Source of the DNA: Takakia lepidozioides
Taxonomy: Eukaryota; Plantae; Bryophyta
NCBI GenBank assembly: GCA_030704615.1
Contig: CM060734.1
Span: forward strand, 36,704,001 to 36,768,000
Length of the DNA stretch: 64,000 nt
Direction: 5' to 3'
Of the stretch, positions 23,101 through 37,390 are shown one piece after another. The number at the start of each line of letters is the position of its first letter. Position 1 is the first letter of the stretch. The position numbers were made by a program, and so were the translations under genes. A model generated the notes under the pieces. The model did no database searches. It worked only from the letters and a program-made list of their open reading frames with translations, and was not told the DNA's origin.

Positions 23101-25517
23101 TCAACCAAGATTACGAATGGGTCATTTGCAGTTTGACTGCTGTTTTGGCCGTGCCCTATGTACCGTAACCTTTACGAGGATGTGGGTTGCCTTCGCGGAC
23201 CACTAAAGTCTATCTCAACACTAATGCCAAAAATGGGTTTTCACTAGAACTCTTCGAGACTGGTGTCAGTATGAAGAAACAGCTGTGTGTCAATAGTCGC
23301 ATAGTCATGCAATTTGAAGGTGATCCAATCTTAAGCTTATGGCAGACCCAATTATGTAGGCATGGCAGTAAACTCTTTTAGCTGCCCATGATGAACACCT
23401 TTATCTCATAGTGTTTTTATTCCCGGTTCAATAATTTGAGATGCGATTTGGAATGCAGATCTGTCCAAACTAAGTTGCCATTTCACGGCCTTCTGTGTGC
23501 TTTGATTATCAAAGTCTTGAAGATACAATCATATTGTCATATGTACACAATTCAATAACATGCATGTTGTGGCTCTTAACTAGCTAGGCTCTCAACTGCC
23601 CTCTCTGAAAGTGTGCACTGCATATGTTGATGGCATGTATGCAGACAAGGGTTCAGGCATCAACTCTGTCATTTCCAGAGGTGATCGCAAAGTTACCACA
23701 GATTGGTGTGAGGGGGATGTATAGGGGCTCTATTCCAGCTGTTGTTGGCCAGTTTACGAGGTAAGCTTGTTTCCCTCATTTTCCTTTGCTAATGAGTGTC
23801 CTTATGGCCCCTACTGTGTGCAACTGCAATCAAAGGCTCATGTGTTGAAATGTTTGTCAAGGTGATTGCAGTAACACATTACTGGTCATGAACATGGTCA
23901 TGAGCTTTCCAGTGTGCTGTCATTGTGAGCCTGTAAACTAACTCTCACTTCCCTGTAATGTAATTGATGTTTGCTTGGGCATGAGCAGTACGGGAATTTG
24001 ATCCTGAGTTCTGCCCTTGTGGTCCAGAAGCCCGACCCCATGACTGACTCTGGGAGGTTTAGTATTTGGTGGGGAGGGTCCATGATAGCTAACCTAGTTA
24101 TAACAAGTGAGGTTGTGGGGCAGCCATGGGTTGCGGACAGGGGTATTGGAAGCCAGCAAGCTGTTGCTGACCAACATGGCACCGAATGTTTCTGAGATTC
24201 AGGTATCTCTTGCAGAATTCTAAAAGCATAGCAAATCGTAGTTACCAGTTTCCTTTTGAATATGGCATGTTCTTCTATTTACCACGGTTTACTGATGGTA
24301 ATTTTTCATGGTGGTTCATCTGCTTGTGGTGAGAAATGGATCAAACTTTTGACCTTATGTGTTCGTTAGGGGTTCAAGAGTTTGGTGAGGATATGGATGC
24401 TAAAATCATGGAATGAGGGTCTGTACTGCTAAATGCAACAGAACGATCGCATTTCAGTAAAACTGTGAGTCTTTAGTGGAGAGATCAGTAGTCATGATTC
24501 CTGCTTCCCAGGCTTCCATTCTTATATAGATTCAAGTGTACACAGCACCACGCTCGTAAGAATACACTATTTGAATGAGTTGAAGGTGTGATCTATATCA
24601 CAGGTACAGTCTCTTTCGTCCTTCACCAGCACTGTCATAGGCACAGCTGTTCGAATCCCCTGCGAAGTTTTGAAGCAGCGGTTGCAGGCAGGCCTTTACA
24701 AGAACGTTGGTGAAGCGATTGTTGGAACATTCCAGCGAGATGGTTTGAGGGGTTTCTTTCGGGGTACAGGAGTAACACTGTGTCGGGAGGTTCCTTTCTA
24801 TGTTGCTGGCATGGGGATTTATGAGGAAGCAAAGAAGGTGGGTTATCCTTTGCTTGCTTTTTTTCTGCTCAACAAGCTGTTCTGGCTGTAGTGTCGTAGC
24901 ATGTTTTTTGTACACTTAAGTGAGGGTGACTTAGATCAAACATTCTGTGTACCCCTCAGTGCAACCTCATTCACCCTCTCCTGTTCGGATGCATGTACAA
25001 TCATATCTCGCATAGCAGCTTCTGCTCTTACCTTTCTCTTGAGCCTACCGCCAACAATGACTTCCTGCAGAATCTAAGAGCTAGGCTGCTTAAGTTTTGC
25101 GGCACTTCAAATCAAGACTTGGGTTAAAAGGTTGCTTTGTTTTAATTGTACATGAAGGTGGTCCAGCGAGTAGTGGACCGCGAGCTGGCACCATGGGAGA
25201 CCATAGCCATTGGAGCTCTTTCAGGAGGCCTAGCAGCAGTGGCAACCACACCTTTTGATGTGATGAAAACACGAACGATGACGGCTGGGCCGGGCACGCC
25301 ATCCACCATGGGTGCCATAGCATTTGCGATTGTCAGGCAGGAAGGCTTGCTATCCCTTTTCAAGGGAGCTGTGCCCCGCTTTTTCTGGATCGCCCCACTT
25401 GGGGCAATGAATTTTGCTGGATATGAGCTGGCCAAGCGAGCCATGGAGAAAAAAGACAAGGATGTGGAGAGTCTAAGGTCTGGGGATGTTGGAGCATTGG
25501 AAGCTGTGCAGCCATGA
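20103..25517 (+). CDS. SAMTL: Mitochondrial substrate carrier with EF-hands (SAM-transporter-like, similar to Arabidopsis SAMTL). Exons 20103-21487, 22190-22607, 22782-22926, 23645-23760, 24124-24202, 24604-24837, 25158-25517
   Basis: EF-hand FEELDRDRDGLVTLDDL and three carrier signatures PLDTVKTR, PCEVLKQR, PFDVMKTR. Splice sites read directly and the frame is maintained across all exons. Confidence 0.9.
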
Positions 25518-28500
25518 GAGAATGCAGGAATCAGCTATTGCTGACCTTTGGATGTGAACAAATTCTGCAGATCCCATCCACGTTTTGACTACTTATAAGG
25601 TCAATTCCAGCTTCTGCCATTGAGCAGTGATTTACCCTGGTGTTCCAGATCCATCAACAGCTCCTATTAGCAAGCGTGGGTCGCTGGACATGGTGGGCCT
25701 GCTTCAGTTGACTGAAATTTCACCTTTGGGTCAGTGAACTTCACTCTGGGATGTACTTAGACATCACCTCAGTGGTCTGTCTGGCTTTCCTCTCTGTTTT
25801 CTCTGGGCATATGGAATGCAAATACATACATGGTGGCACCATTTCTGCTTCGGGAACAGGGTTTGTGGGGAAAGGCAGTCAATGGTTACATTCCTCATTA
25901 CTACGGGTGATAGCAAGCTCTCTAGCAGTTCAAATTGTTGCTGCGCTTGGTGACATGATGCAGGCCATCTGGATACAAACCACAGATTTGTGCATGAGAG
26001 GGATGATGTCCAAATAACACATCCTGACTGCCAAATCACACCCATCTGAAACAGTGAAATGGCTTGGCTTTTGGAAGGAAAGGGGTTTCCACATTACTTG
26101 AAGGTTCTGGACAAATATCACCTCTTTTTTCTAGAGAATACAGTGAGAGGTTAGCTAGCCGTAAGCTGTAGGGGTTGTATTCCATCAGGGTGTGGGTGTC
26201 CAGTAGGTTGGCAGATACCTTGTTGCTATGGAGATGCCTTAACCACTGTTTATGGCCATCCAATTCTCGACAACAAGCAATGATTCCGCATCAGCACATC
26301 TCTGTCAAGGAAGCTTCGTGGAGCTTCATTATGGTTAAATTCACAGCCCAGGTTCTGATGAGGTTGCAGGCAATGGTTATCTTGCAAAATCTCGCTGTAT
26401 TGATACCAGAGACATTTTTATGTATACAACACCTACAGAAAGATGTTCAGACACACACACAGTGACTCTTAATATCCCAAGGTTAGATCCAGAGGGGGAA
26501 GAAGCTGGGTCTTTCCTTGATGTAGAGCCTGTAGATGAAACAATTGTGTATAGGAGGCAGCTGCAGTACTAACTTTCGTGCAGCAGCCTATAGCCATGGG
26601 GTTTTGCAGTGGTGCCGCACAACTGTGGTGCTGCCATGCTCCCGAAACAAGCAACAGATGTATCTTCTATCAGGGAGTCTTCTGACCTGGAGGTTGAATG
26701 GTCATAGCTTAGCAAGTGTCATTTTATGCCCTTCAATGCGAGAGGAAGTGATATGCTGTCTCATGGAAAGGGTGAAAGGGGCCTCTAGAGGAAAATGTGC
26801 TATTTTATGTCCATCATTACGAGCTGCCAGTGGCATGGCATGTGTTTTCTGTCATGTCACGAAGGGGTTTACTTTACTGCAAATTAGTGGCAGGAAGGAA
26901 AGAGAAGGAAGTGGAAGGGACTTGGCCTATAAGATATTACATATTCCAATGCCATAATTGGACACTTGCTGTGAAACCCAAACTGGGACAATGGCTTTTT
27001 CTTTTGAATCTCAGAGCTACTGCTGGCATGCTGAGCATGTTGAAGGTTCTGTGGAGCTCTTAGGTTGTCCCTGCAGGAGCTAAGGCCTGTAATCTGATGC
27101 CAGCTTGATGTTCCCACGGTAAGGCCTCCTTGAGAAGGGTAACCATGGGTAGTTTCAAGCTACATTAGTGTTTGTATGGTGTTTGAGCACACTAAGACAC
27201 AGGTAGGTTCACTTCCAGTTAGATGAATGACCAGGATAGATGGTGTTGCCAGCTCCATAGCAGTACCGGACTGTCTATTTGTTGATCAAGGATGGACACA
27301 GCCTAGGAAGTGCCCATTTTAATGGGGCCTCTGTTGCAGAGCTGACCTTCTTTGACATCCTATGGCTTCACATGGAGACAGCTGCATATATGGACATTCT
27401 GAACAAAAAGATCATGTAGTGGTCTGCACCAGGCGGTTCTTCAGTTTCCTGGCAAAGCCCTGGGGGTCCAAGCCCGGCTGTATCCCCTTGGAACTCGAAG
27501 GATCCATGCAGGGCTGGGAGGGCCGGGAGCCTTCTGTGGGGACAGAATTGAGAACCTGGGAGCATGCGGAGGTGAAGTGGGAAATGGGGGCCTGCAAGTC
27601 CCATACTTGACACCTGCACACTTACTACCAAAAGAAAAACCCCTAGTCCCACCCATTGCGAGCCATTGGTTGCTCCCACAGTCTGGGCTTTGGACCTTCA
27701 AAATTAACCCTTGCCAAGATTTGAAACCCCCCTTACCTTTCTTTTTTAGGGTGGGTTAATCGAGGAGGCAAAAAAACAATAACTTTGACGGAAAGTCCTA
27801 AGGCATCTGCCATGACCCCCAGCCGGAGTTATTTTTTCCACAACTCATGTTTTACTATGATTTACAGGGCCTCCATCCCCTCTATTTCAAAATAATAACA
27901 ATAAATAAGCCATTCATAAGGAATACCTACTACCTAATTGGCCAGAAAAAGTAATGACAGAGGTCCACCAACACAGTTATTAGCAAAGAACCTTCTTGCC
28001 TTCAAAGGTCCTGAACCTATATATAGTTTATCTGCATGCAAAAGACAGTACCAAATCTGCAGCATTTTGCATGAAAATGAGCCTACACTAAAAGATTAGG
28101 TGCAGCAATAGCCCTGAACCATCTCCTAGACTTGTTCCATCCTCTTTCTTTGAGTTTTGAATTTTGAATCTTATCTTTGAATTTTTTCCTATTGCGATGT
28201 TGTAAACATACATGTTGGAGTATGATCACTCCATCCACGCAAAACTACAAGAAAGGACATGAGTTATTTTGTTGTGAAGCTTCTTTTGTGCATGCTTGGC
28301 TCCCAACCCCCTCCCCGGGATTCCTTCACACCACTTAACAACCCTTCATAGGGCAGAATGGCATGACAACACTAGTTCACTTGCGAGCATATTTTATAAT
28401 CATATGGCATTGGGGTCCGCCTCACCTCCACCATGCTTTTACTCATTCCGGAGAGCCTGTCTTCAGCGCCCAACATCACACTTTATATCCCAAACAAACA

Positions 28501-29579
28501 CTCAAACTTGTCAGAGGTCCATCAAGCACAGTGCACAGTGCACCATGCCTTCCGTCCAGCAGCCCATGCAAAGCCTCTTTGGCTACGTTAGCGTTTTCCA
28601 TCATTGACTCGTTCTCCGACATTCACTGACTTCCCATAAAGCAATTCAGTACAATCAAAAACTGAGCTCGACGCTTATCGTCATAATCTCAACGATCGTC
28701 CACCCAAGTTTTATCCATCATAACCACATCCACGTAGGTGTGGTGACCCCTCCATACATATCACGCGTCTATGAACGAACTTGTAATTCATTCTTCCGCG
28801 AAGTAGCCAGTCACCGTGCAAGACCCGGGCATATCGCTTCTCTCAGTCAGCAAGGAAGGCCTGCCGAGTATTTATGCTACGGCAGAGCGGTAAAACCTGC
28901 AAACGATATGGGATAATATCTGGCTTATGTGTAGGCGACGAATGGACATGTCTCACATGCTGGCCCCAGAAACCTCGTCGTATGTAAAATCCTTCTTCTC
29001 GCACGTGCCGAGGCAGAGCCTTAACAACTCGATAACACTTTTCCGTTTACTTACATATCTTTCTTTTGGGAAGTTCCGATTGGGATGCACTGCATTTACT
29101 CCACATTCAGTCGAGCAGTGGGTCCCCTTTGCTTTATTAATAATACGCAGTGCTGTTTCCCTGTTTGGGTGAGAGACTCCATCCAGAATGTTCTGCCGTG
29201 ATCCGCAAAATCCAGAAAGGGCTGCCCGCCGTGGGGCCCCCGATTGTGTGTGTGTAGCTTTTCCGGTCGTAACAGTCAGCTGCGTCACGCCTCCACGCAT
29301 ATTCCATGGAATATGTCGTGTCCTGAGGGATCATTGACCAACCTGGCACATACGAAATAATACCGCGGACCCTATTATACATTACCAACCTACGCCATAC
29401 ACTTTTTTCTTAAGAAAGCAAAAAGCTTTAACTAAAAGCATGCACCTTATATTCCCTTCATTTGTGGTTTGTAGGTCCGCTTTCACGTGAGCTAATGAGT
29501 TTCCTCATTTCTGTATTCATGACAAGCCTTTCTAGATATCGATTACCGCATACACTTATGTATGATTTCTTTGGAAAAT

Positions 29580-29659
29580 TATCTTTCAATTAAAAAAAGG
29601 GCTGTATCATGTTGGCTGCCATTGTACCAGGGGAGTGTAGTTATTTCATGCTTATTATT
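29580..29659 (+). mobile_element. Isolated ~80-bp fragment of the CACTA transposase (homologous to 7832-7909)
   Basis: TATCTTTCAATTAAAAAAAGGGCTGTATCATGTTGGCTGCCATTGTACCAG versus TATCTTTCAATTAAAAAAGGCCATATCATGTTGGCTGCCATTGTGCCAG; the match continues into the intron. Confidence 0.8.
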
Positions 29660-30986
29660 TTACACTATCCTTCAACAAAGTATTCCATTTCTGTTTTAGG
29701 CCGCCTACTAATATACTCGGAATCTAGTTCACATAAAAGACACGGTTGAAGTAACTAGAGGCATCAAGTTCTTTCCCGGAATGTGGCTGTAATTTCCCAT
29801 GACATATTCCGAACTCAGAATATGTCGCTGGAAATTTTACACACTTATTCCATGTCCACCCCGCACTTTTATGCAAGTGGATGGGAATTTCACTGACTCG
29901 TGAGATGCCCGTGATGCTGGCCTGAAAATATGCCATGCCTTGGGGGCTTGCCGCAAGGTATTTCCCCGTGTTTTCTATTAAAAACGTTTGATGAAAGACT
30001 CCTATGATCCCCTTTCCATACGAAAAACAAAACCGAAGAATTAGTAGGCTCTCAATGATTCAATCCCGTGCAAGACAATTCGTCTTCCAAATCCGAAAAT
30101 GAGGTATCAGGCGACCGTTCCCCTCATTAAAACAATTAAAAAGTAGAAAATGAACGTACGAACTTACCCAGGTAGTTTCTGGTACTAAACTGAGATGGGG
30201 GTATGACAAAAGAAAAAAAGAGAGAGTGGGAGGGTGGGGTATAAAAGCAGCAATCAAGTTGTGGACTGCTACAGAAGCAGCGGGTCAACACAGATATTAG
30301 GGACGCCTACGTGGCGGAAGTTCAGACCGCAGGACTGGCCCGTAAAGCGCAGGGCGACCACAGTGAGGACGGGCGCGGCCGCCTTCTGTGCGTGCGGCCT
30401 GCCGCCCGTGAATGTACCGGGCAGCGTCGGGCGAGGGAGCGAGAGCGTAACGAAGCGGAGGCGTGGAGTCGGGGGAGGCGAGCGGTAGGGTACAAGAAGT
30501 GAAGGGTCTGCGAGACTGACATGAGGCCGGCATTGCTGTGAATGAGTAACAAGTGTGTGCAGCAATTGCAATTGCGTGCGTGCTTCCTGTATGCTCGGGC
30601 TGGTCAGATTTGAGGTTTCTTGCGCTATTTCTGTTCTGGGTTGTGGTTGTTTGGGGGAATTGGTGGAACAATTGTGGCAGAGAGAGGGTCTGGAATTTCT
30701 GTCTAGGAAGACGATGAGGGGTTCGTAAGAGGGATGTAGTGGAAGGCCTTTCGCATCGTTTCACGCTGGTGGACGCTTCATGTTTAGTTAACTCTTTGCA
30801 TTCCGTACAATTTCGAGGTTTCTTAACCTCAATTGCCGAAATAAGGTCCGTGGCTGTGTTTAATTCTGTGTGAGGCATCCCTTACTCTTTGTTTTTGTTC
30901 CTGCTTTATGCGGTCTCGTTTGTGTTTACTTTGGATCCCCCACACACCGATTTCTGTGCAGCCATTTGCAGGTGCCGAAGGTCGTA

Positions 30987-33900
30987 ATGAAGTCCCCAGA
31001 GCGTGGTCGGGGGATCGTTGTTGCTTTTCTACTGCTGCACCTGTTTCTTGTCCCCGCTCTCGCGAAGTCAAAGTCTAAAATTGATGGCCCCATCAAGACA
31101 GTGGTGGTGTTGGTGATGGAGAATCGGTCATTCGATCACATGCTAGGGTGGCTCAAGCGCCTGAATCCGGAGATCGATGGTCTTCGGGGAGATGAATGCA
31201 ATCCGAAGAACACCACGGTTCCAGGCTCTCCTCTTGTCTGTGTCTCAGACATCGCAGAGTTTGTTGACCCCGATCCTGGACACTCCTTCCAAGCCATTCG
31301 GGAGCAGATTTTTGGACAAAATGATACCTCGGAGAACCCTCCTCCCATGAACGGTTTTGCGCAGCAAGCAGAGAGCATGGATAAAGGTTTTTCAAAGACG
31401 GTGATGAGTGCTTTCAGGTATGTTTGCGTTGTCTGATTCGCATGGCAGATTGAAATACTCCCTTTGCTTGCAGCTAAGATTCTTCAAGTTATTAATTATA
31501 GATTAAGACTGCACGGTTACAACGGTATAGCATGTGCATCGTGAGGCCACCAAGAGCAGGTTGACGAAATTCCCGGGTGATGCTATCACCAGTTGTTCAC
31601 CTGAAGCTTTGGAAGTATGAACTTTCCAGCACCAATCCCTTTGGAACCGTTTGGCAATGCACTAGTGTGCTTGTGTCGCAAAAAGCCTCACTTTTTGGAA
31701 CACTTCAGAGATCAATCTGTATATGCATTATGTACCTGCTGCTTAACTGCTGCATGGATCTTGGGAGTTTTGATCCCCCTGCAATTTCCAAATCTGTGTT
31801 TTTTTCACTCTGAGCTCTAGGGCCTTGTGTCATCCAGGGCCTTACGTTATCATCACTGTGTACTGTTGGGTGTCTCTCAACGGAAAGTGCAACATAGCTT
31901 TCACTTTCTTGCAGCAGTAATGACAATATCCATGGCGGCAAGTTGGAAAACAGTATTGCCCATTGGATTGTGCTTCTTAGCTTGAAAGGTTTATAACCTT
32001 GCCATTGTCAAGGATTCTGCCATAGTTCCTGCGAGGTTCAAAAATTTCATTTGAAAGTCAGTGCCCAAAGGCTCACAGTTGAGAAATATGCGAATTACCC
32101 CACATGTATAGTCATCAGTCGTGTACATTTTATATGACCGCGACATTCGCACAGGAAAGTCAGTTTAGGCACCAGATTGAATGGTTGACTCGTACCATAG
32201 CTCAGGTGCTGGCCCCTAGCATTGTTTTCATAGTCTTGTCTTGTGTATGTCACATGGGGGTGATAGGATCTCCATTCAAGTGACATTATTCAGTATGCAT
32301 ATGTTACTGGCTATCATAGCTTCCTTTTTGGTCCTCACCTCTAAAGCTGCACTGTGTTTCCAAGTAGTGCAAACAAGTCCAGGCAATTGTTCTTACGGTC
32401 TCCAACCACAGATTACAGTTTCTTGTGTAGGAAAAATGAAAGAGGAAACCTCTTCTGCACTAAGGCTAGCTTATGTTTAATTCACCAGACCCTTAGTAGC
32501 TTGAGCATGGCAGAGTGATTCCAAGAAATTTTGTGAAATGGTGGGTGAGTTAATTCTGCTCGGTGCCTTCACTTGTGCGAATTTTTTGTTCCTTAAATAG
32601 CACCCTACTATGGGGTCTCAGGGTTTATGATATCCTGTGGTCCATCATCCTTGTAGGTAGAGTAAGCTGGTTGACATTGGTCGCAGTGGTCAGCAATCCA
32701 GGTGTTAGTGAGGGTGCCCAGAACAGTGATTTGTACTCTTAGCTTTACTGCGACTGCTGTTTATGTATTGCAGGCCGGAAGTGATCCCTGCTTACACAGC
32801 TCTGGCCATGGAGTATGCATTGTTTGACCGCTGGTTTGCATCAGTTCCGGCCTCTACACAGCCTAACCGTTTCTACGTCCACTCAGCCACCTCTCATGGA
32901 GCAATGAGCAATGTTAGAGGAAATTTGGTAAAGGGCTTTCCGCAAAAGTCCATCTTTGAATCGGTTGATAATGCCGGACTTTCCTTTGGCATTTACTACC
33001 AGAATATTCCAGCAACCCTATTTTTCCGGAACCTTCGCAAACTGAAGTATGTAACTAAGTTCCATGAGTACGGTGCCAAGTTCGAAAAGCATGCCCGTGC
33101 TGGAACCCTTCCCAACTATGCAGTTGTTGAACAGCGCTATTTCGACATGAAGCTCCTGCCAGCCAATGATGATCATCCTTCTCACGACGTGGCTGAGGGC
33201 CAGGCATTCATCAAAGAGGTGTATGAGATCCTGAGGGCTAGCCCACAATGGAATGAGATGCTCTTCATCATAACCTATGATGAACATGGGGGTTTCTATG
33301 ACCATGTGCCAACGCCTGTGCAAAATGTTCCAAATCCTGATGGGTTGATTGGTGATGAGCCCTACTTCTTCGACTTCCAGAGGTTGGGTGTACGGGTACC
33401 GACCATCATGATCTCCCCATGGATCAACAAGGGTACTGGTATGTTTGGCACATTCCCTTTCTCCCAGGTCAATTAATTGCTTTCCTTCCCTGCTTTCCAT
33501 TGTCCTCTCTTTCCCCATCTGTCAGGGCTAACATGACACCACTTGCAGTTGTATGGAAGGAATCTAATGACCTTTTCGTGTGTCGCAGTGGTGCATGGAC
33601 CAGATGGTCCCACTCCAGATTCGCAGTTCGAGCATTCATCTATCTCAGCCACAGTCAAAAAAATATTTAACCTGAAAGACGATTATTTGACAGCACGTGA
33701 TGCTTGGGCAGGGACTTTTGAACACATTTTTTCAGAACGCAAGTCACCACGGACTGATTGCCCAGGTGTGTCTCTCTCTACCTGCTCGCTTACTAAATTA
33801 GATACTCTTCAAGACCCAGGGTAAACATCTTGTGGGTTTTAAAGTCCAGTCTGACAAGTATCTGGCTAGCTGGTTATGTTGTCAATGCCTTGCCCCTAGA

Positions 33901-34721
33901 TGTGTTGAAAGCCCAGGCGGAAGTGGGTTTAAAGAACTCATTCTGGAATTTAGGGTTTGTGATAGCCCCGTAGGGTTCCGAGGACAGTCATCAACAGCCC
34001 GTGGATTGCCGGATTTCTTCTGGCCAATCTTTAGTTACTAGACGCCCAGAGAATATGTAAAGGACCTTTAGCTGTAACTTGGTATTACATATTCTTCATC
34101 AGGAGGACAATGTTCTCAATAGGGCTGATCTAGCTTGGTTTAAAAGTGTTTGTTAAAAGAGTTTATTTCGTTATACATGGTATGAAGGCACATGCCCATG
34201 AAGTCCATGACAAGGTGATACCTAGTTCATGCCTTTGTTATATTCAGGATTCCAAGGCTAGAGCGTAAGAATATGCATGAAAGTGGAGAGAGCTAGATAT
34301 GCAATTCAACTTTGTTTTATACTATAGTCTGATATGTGGTCAATATGTTAATGGTCATCTTGTTTTAGGAGGTGGTCTAAAAGTGTTCTCTTCTGCAGAT
34401 GAGCTTCCTAGCCCGCCATGGTCTTTGAGGCACTCACCTGCCAATGAAAAGGCCCCCCTCACTGAATTCCAGGAGGAATTGGTTCAGCTGGCATCTCAGT
34501 TAAATGGAGACCACCACCATCCCCGTTACCCCCACCTGGGGAAGTCCATGGATGTTGGACAAGCCCACACATACGTAACGGATGCAGTTGCCCAGTTTCT
34601 CAAAACAGGAAGGATTGCTTTAAAAGCTGGTGGGGATATGGAGTCGATTGTGGAGGTGCAACCTTCTATAATTGGAAGGAAAGGAGGAATGTTTCAATCG
34701 ACACTCGTTGGTAGTAGCTGA
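30987..34721 (+). CDS. NPC: Non-specific phospholipase C (phosphoesterase family, NPC1/2/6-like with signal peptide). Exons 30987-31417, 32774-33438, 33589-33765, 34399-34721
   Basis: [77 protein letters not shown]; hydrophobic N-terminus; canonical GT-AG introns; probable 5'UTR intron ending at ~30971. Confidence 0.95.
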
Positions 34722-36289
34722 TATGTACATCATGCAAAGAACTCAGCTCCGGTCTGCCAATGGTGGAAAGCTGAAGGAGAAAGTTGGCCTGGAGTGGTGT
34801 TAGGTTGGAGAAAAGAAGAGGGAGGATTCTAAGGCAGGGACCTTTTCAGGGGCAGTGACACACTCATGCTTCTAAGTGGTGGGAAGGCTTTGAAGGGTTG
34901 AATTCGCAGTGCATCTGACATATACCTACTAGCCCCAAGGGGCCGCAACCAACCAAGTAGTTCAAGAGATGTTTCAGGTCTGGTGGTCCACTGGATTTGC
35001 GGAGGGAGGGCTTAATTATTCCATAATCACAGCAAGCAATTATTTCAGCTGTAGCTAGGGGCTGGAAGGCAAGAAACCTATACACCATTCTCTCCCATTT
35101 TTCCCTTCCCTGTTTCCCCCTCCTTGCAAGGGGCATTCTTGGGCAGCCTCAGAAAACTTGTCCATTATTTTGTACATTATGTGTTTAAAACAGGGGAGTA
35201 GACATGCACCCTGTGGAGCAACACTTTTGTGCTTTACATGCGCTACTTCTCCACCAAGTTTCCTGTTTGTTCTGTGATATGTAGTTGTTCTTCTTTACAT
35301 ATTGTGCGTGTCTACAATTCTACTGAATTGTGTGTGATAGTGTCCACTAAATATCTGGAACTGCTGGATTGTCTCTGTTACTTTGGTTGTTGGGTAGAAA
35401 GTTATCAGGCTGCTGTTTCTTTCCACAAACATGATTTAGCACTGTTGAGACATCTACTCTTCGGCATCGAGTGACTCTAGTGCCCACTGTTCTGGGGCCC
35501 ACTGTTCTGGGGACTGGAAACCTTCCGTGCCACTCAATCCTAAACCCCTAATAATCTGATAAGGGTCACACTACCTACTATTCTAGCCTTTAAAAATGTT
35601 CCGTCCATAAGGGGTAACCCCCTATCCATACATCCTACTATTTACAAAGGTTGCATATTATCAGTTATCTGTACTCCTTCCCTTGATTGAGTGTTATTTT
35701 CCTCAACAGTAGAATTTATACACCGGTTGGAAAGATAATTCTACCTAATGTGGAGACCATTGATATTCTGGTTGCAAAACCATGAGCTTGGGAGGCTGTG
35801 AGCAGTGTTGTACTGTTATCAAATTTAGATGATACCATGCAGGTGGTGGTAGGAAGAATTTAGAAATTTGTGCTATTGTCTGTTCTCGAATAGTAAAAAA
35901 TTTATGGATTTTGCTACCACTAAGTATCAAAAAGCATGTTTTGTAAATTTTCAACTTTGTGGTAAAATGATGGTATTGCATGTTATCAGCAACGGGTAGC
36001 AATAATTAAATCACATGCACAATGCAACAACATGTTTCTGAGCACATAGTCAGTGACATCAAATTGAATGAGACTCATAACAAAATAGGAGGCGGCAATG
36101 ATCACCAAACCCTAACCCCAGCTAGGTAGGGTTTTATGAGGAATGGCGGCATTAGGTAGACCCGACAGGTCTGTTACAGGCGAAATTCGCCTACAACCTA
36201 TAACTGTTGGATAGGGTACCTCATAACCGGGTTGATCACTAGGTAACCACCATGCTTGAAAACTAACATTTCCATGTCCAGATGGTTGA

Positions 36290-37390
36290 TAGATGCTTAG
36301 AATGACCTATATGCTCAGTTTTGGCAGCCCGATCAGAACCTGTGTCTTCGCCAACTCATCATAACCTGGGGCTCCACTATCTACCACCACCACGTTATTG
36401 TCTACAATATATAAAGTAAAGTATAAAGGGAAGTACCCTAATTAATTCCAACAATATATGGTCGAAGAACTATGAACTTGGGAATTAAGATTTGGTATTT
36501 TGGCTGATGAAATTCAAGGTATGTGCACAGGATGGAGATACACCTTGACATGGATGGAGATGTGGAGCTGAAGAAAATGCATGGGCTATTTTGTTGTAAC
36601 TGGGCTGTTGCCTGGATTTGAGGGGAAAGGCCACATTGTCACTATGGACAATTTCTTCTCTAGCGTTAGAGAAGAAATTGTCCCTTGCTTTTCTATGACA
36701 TTCCCTTTCTTCCCTAGCCCCTTTCTTTCCTATGACCTTGAAACGATTGGTATCTATGCTACTAGCACAGTGACAGATAGTGCGTGTCGGGTTTTCTACC
36801 TGTTTGGACTTAGTGAAAACAAGAGAGAGGTAGGCTGGATTACCACATGCATGTTTTCTAACAAGCTTGTGGCCTCGTCCACGTATGATAACAAATGTGT
36901 GAACCTCTTGAACTCTGTTGTGAACCCTGTGGCTGGGAATTGTTCATTCAAAGGTGGCACCATGGTGCCTGCCGTCTCTTCACCTTCTCCATTGTGAAGC
37001 ATTATCAACTACACATAAGGGATATGGATGTGCAAGATCAGTTGTGAAGATACTCATACAAACCGGTGACCACAATTGGTGGTGCAAATTGTACTTTCAT
37101 TTAGTGAGACAGCCTTGGTGAACTCCTGCTTGTTGTAACTCCTGCTTCATGAAACGCAAGGGTCGGTCCCCCTGATGACTGTCTTCTACTTACTGTAGAG
37201 GTAACCAAAGGATTGACTCTTGGGTGATTTGGTCCTAGGTGAACAATTCAGCCGGGGTATTATGTCATAAACCCGGGAGTCTGTCACTTCTACCTAAAAG
37301 AGGGAGAATGAAGTGTCTGGAGTGTGGTTGAGGTACTACTGCCAGGCTTGTGGGGATATTTCTTTCTGTTTGGGTGCATATTTGTGAAGC
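36290..37390 (+). pseudogene. piggyBac (PGBD, DDE_Tnp_1_7-type) transposase remnant
   Basis: GIKIW..., GHIVTMDNFFSS, IYATSTV, DNKCVNLL, MDVQDQL, WWCKLYFHL and a Cys-rich tail; many stops and frameshifts. Confidence 0.8.

Noticed and set aside
25750-29400. Several 80-140 aa ORFs between the carrier and NPC genes
   Set aside because: No recognisable motifs or consistent exon structure.
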